This document shows, piece after piece, positions 28,891 to 38,308 of a stretch of DNA of 64,000 nucleotides (position 1 is the stretch's first letter; each line of letters opens with the position of its first letter). Under the pieces are notes generated by a model, which saw only the letters and a list, made by a program, of their open reading frames with translations, did not search any database and was not told the DNA's origin. The position numbers and the translations under genes were made by a program. This DNA is from a bacterium (lineage in GTDB: Bacteria; AUK180), in NCBI GenBank assembly GCA_023133295.1, contig JAGLWT010000090.1, positions 6,402-70,401 on the forward strand. The letters are read 5' to 3'.

Positions 28891-29693
28891 TGGATAATGT
28901 CAGTTATAATGATCTGCTTTTAGCATATTATGATATTATGGATATCCTTACTGAAGAGTATGTAGAAATTGATTCATTTAATACCGATAACGAAATTCAA
29001 ATCCATGCTAGAGTATTTGTAAAGAGCATAATTACAAAACTCCTGACTATTTCAAAGCTTCAGCCGAGCGTAGCAACTATCGATGGAAAGGGGCTATGGG
29101 ATTATTTTTCTCTTGGTATTTTGGCGCGAGCCGTTGTTGAGGAGTATTATCTTTTCTGGTATTTGTTTTTAGATTCTAAAGACGAAGAGAAATTAGCATT
29201 TCGATTCAGATATTATAGATTTCGAGGAGAAAGTAAGAGGTTAGAACTTTTTAAGTTGAATCCTAATCTATCTGGAAGGATACAAGAGAAGGACTTGGCA
29301 TTACAACAAGAAGAAAGGGAATTGAAGCAATCAAAATATTACAAGGAAACAAATAAAGAATTTAGTATAAGTGCTATCAGGAAAGCGTATCTTAGAAATC
29401 CAGTTTTCGAAAAATCCCTTAAGAAAAGGTTTGAGAACAATATGGAAATGTCACATATGCTTCTTTCTCAGTACAGTCATAACACGGGTTTAGCGTATTC
29501 GCAGATGAAGAATTTCAAGAATGAGGATAATGATCATAATAGGAAGATGTTTGCTGCGATAATGGTACACGTAATTGAATTTCTGCCGCCATTTTCTATG
29601 TATATTATAGAGTTGTTTCCCGAAATAAAAAAATACACTAAAAAGCTTGAAAAATTCTTTGAAAAACATTCAAAGCAAATGGGTGCTGAGTGA
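28884..29693 (+). CDS. hypothetical helical protein, DUF5677/HEPN-like
   Basis: ILARAVVE and LSQYSH motifs reminiscent of DUF5677; weak call. Confidence 0.55.
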   Translation: MGMDNVSYNDLLLAYYDIMDILTEEYVEIDSFNTDNEIQIHARVFVKSIITKLLTISKLQPSVATIDGKGLWDYFSLGILARAVVEEYYLFWYLFLDSKDEEKLAFRFRYYRFRGESKRLELFKLNPNLSGRIQEKDLALQQEERELKQSKYYKETNKEFSISAIRKAYLRNPVFEKSLKKRFENNMEMSHMLLSQYSHNTGLAYSQMKNFKNEDNDHNRKMFAAIMVHVIEFLPPFSMYIIELFPEIKKYTKKLEKFFEKHSKQMGAE

Positions 29694-29748
29694 TGATATG
29701 CACTTCAAAATTTCTCGTTAATTACTTGAAATATTCTGAGGAGAAGAA

Positions 29749-29901
29749 ATGTCAATCCATTCGTATATTAATGAAGTAAAAGGCAAAGGTACAATACTCA
29801 ATATCCTACACGACGACATCTTCCACTACCAAAAAATCATCGTTGCCCTCACCGAAACCCACCGGATTATGGGGGAGATAAAAGGGATTATTATTTTATA
29901 A
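29749..29901 (+). pseudogene. internally deleted 50-aa miniature of the type IIG/ISP MTase
   Basis: GAGGAG RBS; MSIHSYINEVK (cf. MSLHTYVNKIK) fused in frame to DDIFHYQKIIVALTETHRIMGEI. Confidence 0.8.
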
Positions 29902-29918
29902 ATTATGGAGGAGTGTAG

Positions 29919-31364
29919 ATGAAGAGATTTGCAATTTTACTTGGGTCTGAAGAATATAAAGATTTCTTGATGACGAAGTATTGTCATAATGATGTGAATA
30001 ACCTTAAAGAAACTCTGATAACTTGTTGTGACTATTTAGAACAAGACGTTTATAGCAGACTTCTTACTCCTGAAGATGAAATTCATCCCCTTGAAATTCT
30101 AAAAGAAGTTGAGAAGCTGCTTGAAAAATCTCAAGAGGGTGATTCAATTCTGTTTTACTATTCTGGTCATGGAGCATTAATTGAAAATGAGGGATATCTA
30201 ATTTTGTCGACTACTAGTCTCACAAATATACAACAAACTTCTATTCCAATACGGGATATAAACGAAGTTCTAAAGAAGGATGGCAGGTTGTGCGTTAGAA
30301 TATTTGATGCATGTCATTCAGGAATCGACATTAGGGATAGCACACTCAATCCAACAGGTTTTATCAGGGAAATACTATCATCAACAAATGAAGGATGGGC
30401 AACACTAGCTGCTTGCAAGGAAAATGAAGGAAGCTATCCAGATGATTCTATTGAAAGTGGAGTGTTTTCTTACTACCTGTGCGAAGCAATAAGAGAGTAT
30501 AAGAATGGAGATGAAATATATCCCGAGGAATTGAAGATCAAAATTTGTAGAGGTGTAGAAAAGTGGCTAGAGGATAAACCTTATATTCAAACTCCGACTC
30601 TAAATTCTTCGATCTCAGGAAACGTTCCAATTGCAGTACGAAAGGTAATAGTAGAGGATACACAAGAAAATGGTTCTGAAATAGAAGATCCACAGAATGA
30701 TGAATTAATTAGTTCAACCTTAGAAGTATTACATGAATATGCGAAGCGTGGAATCACTGCAAATAAGGAGAATTATGAACAACAAATCAATCTAATGAAA
30801 AGCATTTTCAATGACACTAAAAAAGAGAATGCATTATTAACTGACGCTGAAGTAATTGTATCAGATAGTGAGTCCATTCCAGCGTATCTGAAAAGACTCA
30901 TTGTGCGAAAATTTGATGACCTTGGGTTGAAATCATCATTTGATATTCGTATAGTTCGAATATACGAGGAGGAGAATCCGATATTTAAGAGGATTATGGG
31001 TGGATTATCTACACGAAAAATAGAAGAGATTAAGTATATCATCAAACAGCCATATGACTATCCAGATAGCTTTATACAAGTAAAGGTGAAGCAACAAGGC
31101 TTCATTCCAAGTGGCTTGATTTTCTGCTTCATTATACCCCTGCAAATGAAAATATGGATAATTGCAGGATATTCTATGGGAGATAGAGATATCTGGAGTG
31201 ACAGAAGTAATGAAATTATTTCTGCTAATAAATTGGATTATAAATGTAGTGATAGAGAAACAGTTAAAGCTTTGGCTGATTTGCTAATTAGGAAATTCAA
31301 GGACAAGTATCTTCAGAAGTGTAAGCAAAGGGAGAAGTATTTAGAAAATAAGGAGGATAAATAG
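29919..31364 (+). CDS. caspase-like (peptidase C14) protein with unknown C-terminal domain
   Basis: FYYSGHG and FDACHSG catalytic His/Cys motifs. Confidence 0.9.
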   Translation: MKRFAILLGSEEYKDFLMTKYCHNDVNNLKETLITCCDYLEQDVYSRLLTPEDEIHPLEILKEVEKLLEKSQEGDSILFYYSGHGALIENEGYLILSTTSLTNIQQTSIPIRDINEVLKKDGRLCVRIFDACHSGIDIRDSTLNPTGFIREILSSTNEGWATLAACKENEGSYPDDSIESGVFSYYLCEAIREYKNGDEIYPEELKIKICRGVEKWLEDKPYIQTPTLNSSISGNVPIAVRKVIVEDTQENGSEIEDPQNDELISSTLEVLHEYAKRGITANKENYEQQINLMKSIFNDTKKENALLTDAEVIVSDSESIPAYLKRLIVRKFDDLGLKSSFDIRIVRIYEEENPIFKRIMGGLSTRKIEEIKYIIKQPYDYPDSFIQVKVKQQGFIPSGLIFCFIIPLQMKIWIIAGYSMGDRDIWSDRSNEIISANKLDYKCSDRETVKALADLLIRKFKDKYLQKCKQREKYLENKEDK

Positions 31365-31500
31365 ATTGGAAGCAGGATATTGAATATGGGAATTTTGAAA
31401 ATGAAAATCAAATCATACCAAAAAATCATTGTATATTGGAAAGAAAAAGATATAGTGGAGATAGATGTAATTGATGTTTTATGATTATATGGAGGATTAA

Positions 31501-32100
31501 ATGAGTAATGCTGAATTTTATCATTATATTCATCATGGTTCTGAGGAAAGAAATCTGGAATATAAGTGTTCAATGAATTGGGATTCGGAGGAAATAAAAA
31601 GTAAAATCACAAAAACATGTATAGCGATGAGTAATCTTCCAGATGGCGGGGTCATTGTATTGGGAGTCAAGGAAATTGAAAAAGATGTATTTTATCCAGA
31701 AGGAATGTTAGAACAAGATTACAATTCATTTAATCAAGATAATGTGCAGCATTGGGTAAATAATCATGCAGATCCTTATGTGTTACTCACAGTAAAAAAA
31801 ATAGAGGTAGAAAATCTTAAGTATATTGTTATCCAGATCAAAGAATTTGATTTGTATCCGGTAATATGCAAGAAAGATAGTGTTACAATTAATGAAGGTG
31901 AAATTTACTGTAGACCAAAACGAAAGAATGAATCTGTTAAAATACCAAGTCAAAATGAAATGCGTGAAATACTTGAATTAGGTGTTAAGAATGCTGTAAG
32001 AAAAAACTTGTATCAATGTCATAATCTCATAAAAGAAGTGAATAAGGAATTGGATACACAAGATAATAGTAATTTTGAGAAGGAAATTGAGGATTTATAA
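31501..32100 (+). CDS. AlbA_2 (Schlafen-like) domain protein
   Basis: EERNLEYK, IAMSNLPDGGVIVLGVKE. Confidence 0.82.
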   Translation: MSNAEFYHYIHHGSEERNLEYKCSMNWDSEEIKSKITKTCIAMSNLPDGGVIVLGVKEIEKDVFYPEGMLEQDYNSFNQDNVQHWVNNHADPYVLLTVKKIEVENLKYIVIQIKEFDLYPVICKKDSVTINEGEIYCRPKRKNESVKIPSQNEMREILELGVKNAVRKNLYQCHNLIKEVNKELDTQDNSNFEKEIEDL

Positions 32101-32101
32101 A

Positions 32102-32815
32102 ATGGTAGATAACAACAAGCTTGTTAATGTAATTAAAGGTAATCCATACTGGAGAGTAATAATTCGTCCTCTGAAATATAATGCAGATCTTTTAAGTTTT
32201 AATAGGGCGAAAAAGATTATTATTGATTCTGCTATTAATCTTCGAGGGTGGCAATACCCCGCCTTTCACGAACATGAGATAATCAACAAAGAGAATTATA
32301 TAGAAGGAAAGATTAATTGGAGCTCTTTTAATGAATATTGGAGGTTTTATCAAAGTGGTCAATTTATACACTTATTTAATTTACAGGAGAATCTAAGACT
32401 TAAAAATGAAGGGAAGGTGCCCTCATTTTTGAGTCCCACTCCAAAAGAAGAACCTTTGTCTTATATAAGCATAATCTCTACAATATATCTATTCGTGGAG
32501 ATATTTGAGTTCGCAATCAGAATAACTGAAGAGGATATTTATAATTCTGGAGTATATATGAGTGTACAATTGAATAAATGTGATAAAATGAGATTGTTTT
32601 CATATGAGTCCTCGAGGATATTCTTCAAATCGTATATGTGTGAATCAGAAAAGATAAATATCGAAATTTCTTTAGGTAAAAATATAATATTAACAGAAGG
32701 CAGAGAAATATGCCTTGAAAAAGTACAGAGATTTTTTGAATATTTTCAATGGGGTAATTTCCCAGAGGACTTAATTAGAGAAGAACAGAAAAAATTATTG
32801 GAGAGGAGAATCTAA
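32102..32815 (+). CDS. hypothetical protein, partner of the AlbA_2 gene
   Basis: ATG 2 nt after the upstream stop; LRGWQYP, EYWRFYQSGQFIH. Confidence 0.7.
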   Translation: MVDNNKLVNVIKGNPYWRVIIRPLKYNADLLSFNRAKKIIIDSAINLRGWQYPAFHEHEIINKENYIEGKINWSSFNEYWRFYQSGQFIHLFNLQENLRLKNEGKVPSFLSPTPKEEPLSYISIISTIYLFVEIFEFAIRITEEDIYNSGVYMSVQLNKCDKMRLFSYESSRIFFKSYMCESEKINIEISLGKNIILTEGREICLEKVQRFFEYFQWGNFPEDLIREEQKKLLERRI

Positions 32816-32820
32816 ACATT

Positions 32821-33166
32821 ATACACGATATATATTACTCAAATTTTGTTGTTGGAATAGAAAAAATAAACAAGAAGGGAAAGAAGAGAATAAAGGCATT
32901 CAGTGTATGGGATTCAGATTTACCTAGAAAAAATATTTTATTTATTAAAGGAATTGATCCTGAGTATTTCAAATACATTGCTGAACACAATATGGCCAAT
33001 TTAGATAATGAAAAAAGAAATTATGCAGCAACAAATATGCGCATTTCTTATATGCACGGCCTTGAAACACTCTTTTCCTTATTGTTTGCATCTTTACAGT
33101 CTCCTGATTGTATTCACGGATGGTTGATGAAATACAATTTAGGAGATTTGAGAGAATTAATCCTCA
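32821..33166 (+). pseudogene. truncated hypothetical gene cut by a GGGACGGT element end
   Basis: open frame FSVWDSDL..GIDPEYF..HGLETLFSLLFA runs into repeat DNA (gggaattcagggaattcagggacggtcg) at ~33167. Confidence 0.5.
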
Positions 33167-33425
33167 CGGGAATTCAGGGAATTCAGGGACGGTCGTTGCA
33201 TTTGTTGCAAAAGACACGCTTCGCAGTTGCCCAGTGGACCCAGTATCCTAAAGGAAAATCGTTCTGATAAATAGTTCCGAATCACATCTTCAATACAAAC
33301 ATATCACAATAGTTATAATGAAAGCCACAGAATTAACCTTACTATCAAAATAGATATTCGAATATAAGCATACATAGTGTTCTGGCATTATACTTGATAA
33401 TAAGAGTAATAGATAGGAGGTGAAT

Positions 33426-33902
33426 ATGGCTGTAAAAGTATTCATTAGTTATTCTTCAAAGGATGGAAGGCGAGTGAAACCGATAAAAGATGTATTGGAA
33501 AAGTATCCTGGACTGAAGATATTTTTTGCTGATGATTCATTTTTTCCGGGCGATAATATTCCTGAACGAATAAAAGCAGAGATTGAGAAATGTGATTATC
33601 TCTTCCTATTTCACAGTAAAAATTCATTGAAATCGCAATGGGTTCAAAACGAGATTGGAATAGCGTATGGGAAAAGCAAGACGGTAGTACCAATTCTACT
33701 GGACAAAGCTAAACCAGAAGGAGTAATAAAAACTGTAACAAATTACTTGGATCTAACAGATAAGAAGAAATTTGATATTGCAGTGAATGAACTACTTGAA
33801 GTTGTTAGAAAGAAAGAGAATGAGAAGAATTTGTCCACTGGCCTTTTAATAATTAGTGTGATAATAATAATTGGACTGATTATCTGGGGGAACTCCAAAT
33901 AG
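33426..33902 (+). CDS. TIR domain protein with C-terminal TM helix
   Basis: KVFISYSSKD, SQWVQNEIG; hydrophobic C-terminus; AGGAGG RBS. Confidence 0.88.
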   Translation: MAVKVFISYSSKDGRRVKPIKDVLEKYPGLKIFFADDSFFPGDNIPERIKAEIEKCDYLFLFHSKNSLKSQWVQNEIGIAYGKSKTVVPILLDKAKPEGVIKTVTNYLDLTDKKKFDIAVNELLEVVRKKENEKNLSTGLLIISVIIIIGLIIWGNSK

Positions 33903-34185
33903 TATCCCTGAGCTATGAGAATCATAGGATCGAAAAAATCTTCGCTTCTAAGAAATATCGCAAATATTCATCAATCTGTAATTCCTTTCGATTCCATATG
34001 CGAGCATATCCGAAGTTGTCTCCTGGCATGCGAAATGCACATAGAATCTTTGCTCTTTTTGCGTTGAATTTTTTGATTTAAAAGTGTTTATTGAGTGTTA
34101 AATTTGATTATTTGGATCATTTTCTCATAGAACATAATTATATGGTTGAATGTGAGAAGTATTTTTTCACGAAAGGAGTTGTATT

Positions 34186-34338
34186 ATGCCGAAAACAGGT
34201 GAAAAACCAGGGATAGGTAGGTATAGATGTACCAAATGCGGACAAACAGTAGTCCTGGATGATAGGAGTGATACATTACCTCCTTGTCCAAAATGTGCGA
34301 ACACAAACTTTCGAAGATTAATTATGAGGAAAAGATGA
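34186..34338 (+). CDS. small zinc-ribbon (YjzC-like) protein, absent from the ORF track
   Basis: AAAGGAG RBS; MPKTGEKPGIGRYRCTKCG..TLPPCPKC; stop overlaps next ATG (ATGA). Confidence 0.8.
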   Translation: MPKTGEKPGIGRYRCTKCGQTVVLDDRSDTLPPCPKCANTNFRRLIMRKR

Positions 34339-34754
34339 GTCATAAAACTATCACAATTAATTTTGACGGTTACTGGAGAGATGTGAACAAAAACAGCATT
34401 CCAAATAAATCAGGAATTTATTGTGTCTATGAGTGTACCCATAATAGAGATAAAGAAAATATAACTATTCATAAATTAATCTACATAGGCGAAGCTGGGA
34501 AAGTTAGGGACAGGATTTTAGGTCATGAGAAAAGAGAGAAATGGTTACAATATGTTGGCAAAGGAAATGTATTATGCTTCAGTTTTGGGGATATTGACAA
34601 TGAAGCAGATAGGGAGCGAGCTGAGGCTGCTGTGATAAATAAGGAAAAACCGCCTGTAAATGAAGAATATAAGAATAATTTTCCCTTTGATTCGACTACT
34701 ATAAAATTAACAGGGGAGATTACGTTACTGCATAATAATTATACAGTAGAATAG
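34335..34754 (+). CDS. GIY-YIG nuclease family protein
   Basis: SGIYCVY...LIYIGEA..VRDRI..H, AEAA, PPVN. Confidence 0.85.
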   Translation: MSHKTITINFDGYWRDVNKNSIPNKSGIYCVYECTHNRDKENITIHKLIYIGEAGKVRDRILGHEKREKWLQYVGKGNVLCFSFGDIDNEADRERAEAAVINKEKPPVNEEYKNNFPFDSTTIKLTGEITLLHNNYTVE

Positions 34755-34810
34755 AGCGATGGAATAGAGTTAAATAATAAAATGCATACAAGAATGATGG
34801 GGAGATGATA

Positions 34811-35167
34811 ATGTCTGAATGGGTATTTGATAAAAATGGACAACCTATTATAATTCATGATGATGATTGCTTTAGAGATAGTAACGGGCAAGTAATTGCG
34901 TGGATCTCTCGCAACAATGTTTACGACTTGAATGGCATGCATGTTGGCTGGTTTGAGGATGGAATTCTTCTAGACTCTCAAAACCAAGTTTTAGGATTCT
35001 TATATAATGCGAGCGGGCATCTTCCTTCACGACCTGGGCTTACCGGAACGCCTGGTACACCTGGTTTTGCCGGTAGACCTGGTCGCCCAGGATTTGGAGG
35101 TACACCTGGCCGTCCAGGTCGCGGTGGTTGGTCAAATCAAAATCTATCAACATACTTCAAGGATTGA
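34811..35167 (+). CDS. small protein resembling the 4-fold beta-flower family, with Pro/Gly-rich tail
   Basis: repeated D.NG..I.W units then RPG/TPG repeats. Confidence 0.6.
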   Translation: MSEWVFDKNGQPIIIHDDDCFRDSNGQVIAWISRNNVYDLNGMHVGWFEDGILLDSQNQVLGFLYNASGHLPSRPGLTGTPGTPGFAGRPGRPGFGGTPGRPGRGGWSNQNLSTYFKD

Positions 35168-35435
35168 TTAGGGGATTGTGTGGCCGGTCGTTGCGAAAAT
35201 AGGGGACGGTCGTTGCATTTGTTGCAAAAGACACACTTCGCAGTGTCCTAGGAGCCCAGGAGTAAGACAACTTGTCACTGGATATGGGATCATATACGAT
35301 AATGACAGAGTATAACGGGATTCCCGACTTGGTCTAGAAAACTTAACTTTCCCAAAAATGTAAAAGTAGGATTACACGAAATAGATGATTTTCAGTCTTT
35401 GTAGAAGGGGACTTTTCGCTTTGGGATTTAGTACA

Positions 35436-36227
35436 TCAGTACTTCTTCCGAGTAAAGAAGTTTCGTAGATGATGAAACAAAGTTTTGAAGAAAGAAAGGA
35501 ACTTTATTCCAAACGACAAAATAGGATAAAATATATTCTTATGTAGGAACCTGGCTAATACCTGTTTAAATTTATTGATCTTGATGTTCAGTCTAATACA
35601 GGTAATTGCAGGAAGGTTACCAATCCTATCCATTTTATGTAAATCCGGTATTTTATTATCGCAACATATCGTTTTGAGTCTCGACATTAACTGCATTAGA
35701 TCTGACTTAATAACAGTAGAAAATACATAGTGATCGGAGTAGAAGTGTGCATTAAATTTATAAGCACTTAACATACAAAATAGAGGTTTCTTGTGAAAAT
35801 TGGAAATCCCTGCTATGTTACTATCTATGGTGAATTCCATATCTTCAACTGCTTTACCTATGTATAGTGGAAAACCAGTTTTTACATGAGGTGAATATGT
35901 TAAATATAATCCCTTAGATGATTTATGAGGATTGAGTATTATTTTCTTAATAACTACAGGAAAATCAGAGTTAGTAAACATTGCAAGTTTGAGCGTGAAG
36001 TACATTTGACCATATTGAGCATCGTGATAAAATGAAGCCTCAGTTATATTAGCTGCAATTTTAATATTATACTGGTGCGTGCTCAAATATATTGAGAATA
36101 GAGAAACAAGTATTGCACTAAACGCAAGAAGCCTATCAAGAAAAGAGAATACCCAATAACTTGGAAAAAGTGAAAATACTATTATTGCAATTATTATTAG
36201 GAAAATTATATAGTAAAGCTTCTTCAT
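35436..36227 (-). CDS. hypothetical membrane-anchored protein
   Basis: 263 aa ORF with N-terminal TM segments; TTGACA..TATAAT directly upstream. Confidence 0.65.
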   Translation of the reverse strand: MKKLYYIIFLIIIAIIVFSLFPSYWVFSFLDRLLAFSAILVSLFSIYLSTHQYNIKIAANITEASFYHDAQYGQMYFTLKLAMFTNSDFPVVIKKIILNPHKSSKGLYLTYSPHVKTGFPLYIGKAVEDMEFTIDSNIAGISNFHKKPLFCMLSAYKFNAHFYSDHYVFSTVIKSDLMQLMSRLKTICCDNKIPDLHKMDRIGNLPAITCIRLNIKINKFKQVLARFLHKNIFYPILSFGIKFLSFFKTLFHHLRNFFTRKKY

Positions 36228-36445
36228 GAGGAATTATACATTGTCTATTTAATCTTGTCAAGCAGCAGCAGTTGTTGAAGGCCCGCCGGGGACGGTCGTT
36301 GTATTTGTTGCAAGATTGATGGGATATTGTATAATAAAGGGGAAAGGGTTGAAATTTGAGAAAAAATAAAAAAGTGCTATAGTGAATTATGGATGGTAAA
36401 AATGGAGTTTAATCTATTAATTCAAAACTAATAAGCTTTATCAGA

Positions 36446-36853
36446 ATGGTAGGTTTAGTTCTTCTAATCTTAAGTATTTACCTTGGAATATATTCTTTTC
36501 AATTTCTTTTCAAAACTACTGGTTTCCCTATTCTTGATGAAATATGGTATCCAAAAGATATGATAATAATTTTCTGTCTTTATTTTCTTACATTGATTAT
36601 TGGTAGCATTGGATTAATTCTTCTAAAAAAGTGGGGAAGAATAACATTAATTATAACAAGTATATTTAGTTTTGTTGTTTTATTTTTTATGGAAATTGAC
36701 AATATTTCATATTTCGAGTTTGATAAGTCTGATGTAAAGGTAATAATATATTTATTAATTTTTCTATTTCTAATAATATTCCTACTTAATAAAGATGTCA
36801 TACGAACAATAGATTATTGGAAAAAAACAAATGCTGACTTGAAGAAAAAATAA
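36446..36853 (+). CDS. hypothetical membrane protein
   Basis: 4 TM segments, very AT-rich. Confidence 0.6.
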   Translation: MVGLVLLILSIYLGIYSFQFLFKTTGFPILDEIWYPKDMIIIFCLYFLTLIIGSIGLILLKKWGRITLIITSIFSFVVLFFMEIDNISYFEFDKSDVKVIIYLLIFLFLIIFLLNKDVIRTIDYWKKTNADLKKK

Positions 36854-37128
36854 ATAAGGGGATGCTGGCATGAAAGAAATTTTGAGTTTTGAGTGTTTAC
36901 TTTTGAGTTGTAAAAATACATAAATAAACAAGAAAAAGGAAAGCGTAAATACTGGATTCCTGATCAGGTCAGGAATGACGCTTTTTCACTTTGCGGTCTC
37001 GGAAATTCGGGGCCCGTGGTTGCGAAAGTTGCAAAAGCTACGCTACGCAGTGGCCCAGTGGACCCAGTGTCCCTGAGTCCCAGAGCGATATAAAATTGCA
37101 TGTCTTCTAATAAATGGTATAATTATTT

Positions 37129-37785
37129 GTGAAGAAAGAAAACGACGATCTTAAGATTCCGAGAAAACCATCAGTAGAAAATCTCTCACCCCATGATCTT
37201 GATACACTTGGAAGAGAAGAGAATATGATTACCTTTATTGAAAGACACTTAGAGTTAGGGAAAAGCAAAGAAACCATCAGAAGTAAATATCTTGAAATCC
37301 ACAAAACAGATAAGGAATGTATTGATTTTGATGAAGCATACGAGCTTGTAATAGATACACAAGATATATTCAAAGCAGATTTCCGGACGCATATCTGGGG
37401 ATTCTTCGGGATCTTTATTTCTGCAATAATCGCCGGGATGATCATCGGGACAACATGGTTTTTTCTTCAACCTTTGGGTGTTCTTGCTATATTCCTAACA
37501 GGATTTATCTCCACCAAGATTAATAGAATGATCGTTTGGGATCACGAAAGTACATTGCTCATGATCTTCTCAGTGTTTTCTGTCTTGCTGGCGGTATTCC
37601 TAAGTGGATACTTTTATTTTGTATTATCCACTCTTAATTCTACCGAAATAACATTTACTCCTTCATTTCCCAGATTCATCGTTCAAACTTTTCCAATGTT
37701 CATTAGTAATATTTGGGGAGTCATGAATATCTCTCATATTTTTGCAGGATTAATTTCTACGGCTTGGGTGAAGCTTTTTTTCTAA
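37129..37785 (+). CDS. hypothetical membrane protein
   Basis: soluble N-terminus then 3-4 TM; TTGCAT..TGGTATAAT just upstream. Confidence 0.7.
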   Translation: MKKENDDLKIPRKPSVENLSPHDLDTLGREENMITFIERHLELGKSKETIRSKYLEIHKTDKECIDFDEAYELVIDTQDIFKADFRTHIWGFFGIFISAIIAGMIIGTTWFFLQPLGVLAIFLTGFISTKINRMIVWDHESTLLMIFSVFSVLLAVFLSGYFYFVLSTLNSTEITFTPSFPRFIVQTFPMFISNIWGVMNISHIFAGLISTAWVKLFF

Positions 37786-37799
37786 TAGTGTACCTGGTC

Positions 37800-37992
37800 T
37801 TTATTTTTTATTTGAATTGAACTTGCGAACTTCTGGGGGGATGGATCCTTCGCGGAGAAGCTCAGGATGACAGAATGCAATGAACAATTAAGAAATGAAC
37901 AATGAATAGTGGGGAAAACACAAGAAGCAAATACCAGATGGATCCTTCGCGGCGCAGCTCAGGATGACAAATAGCGAGAAAGATGGATTATC
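37800..37992 (+). repeat. ~190 bp direct repeat (copy at 39590-39777) containing two CGTC-type palindromes
   Basis: GGATCCTTCGCGG..GCTCAGGATGAC twice; near-identical copies flank the ATPase gene. Confidence 0.9.
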
Positions 37993-38308
37993 GGGTCCCC
38001 GATGTAATCGGGGTTTCCAAGGTCACAAGCCTGATAACGATAATGACAGAGGACGGGTCAAGCCCTATCCCTACGAATATTTCTGATTATTTCTTTGTCT
38101 TGTGCGCTTGTCGCTTGTGCACTTGTGCTCTGCGAAGCATAACCTTGAACTTTTGAACGATCTTGAATGAAATGAAAGATATATGTAGGTCTGGGGCAAA
38201 CCGAAAACAAATAGAGCAGTCCCTTGAAAAATCTAATTTATTATGTTACGCTAATATGCGTAACGCAGAGATGCGTAACACTGAAATGCGGAATCTGAAG
38301 GAGGAAAT

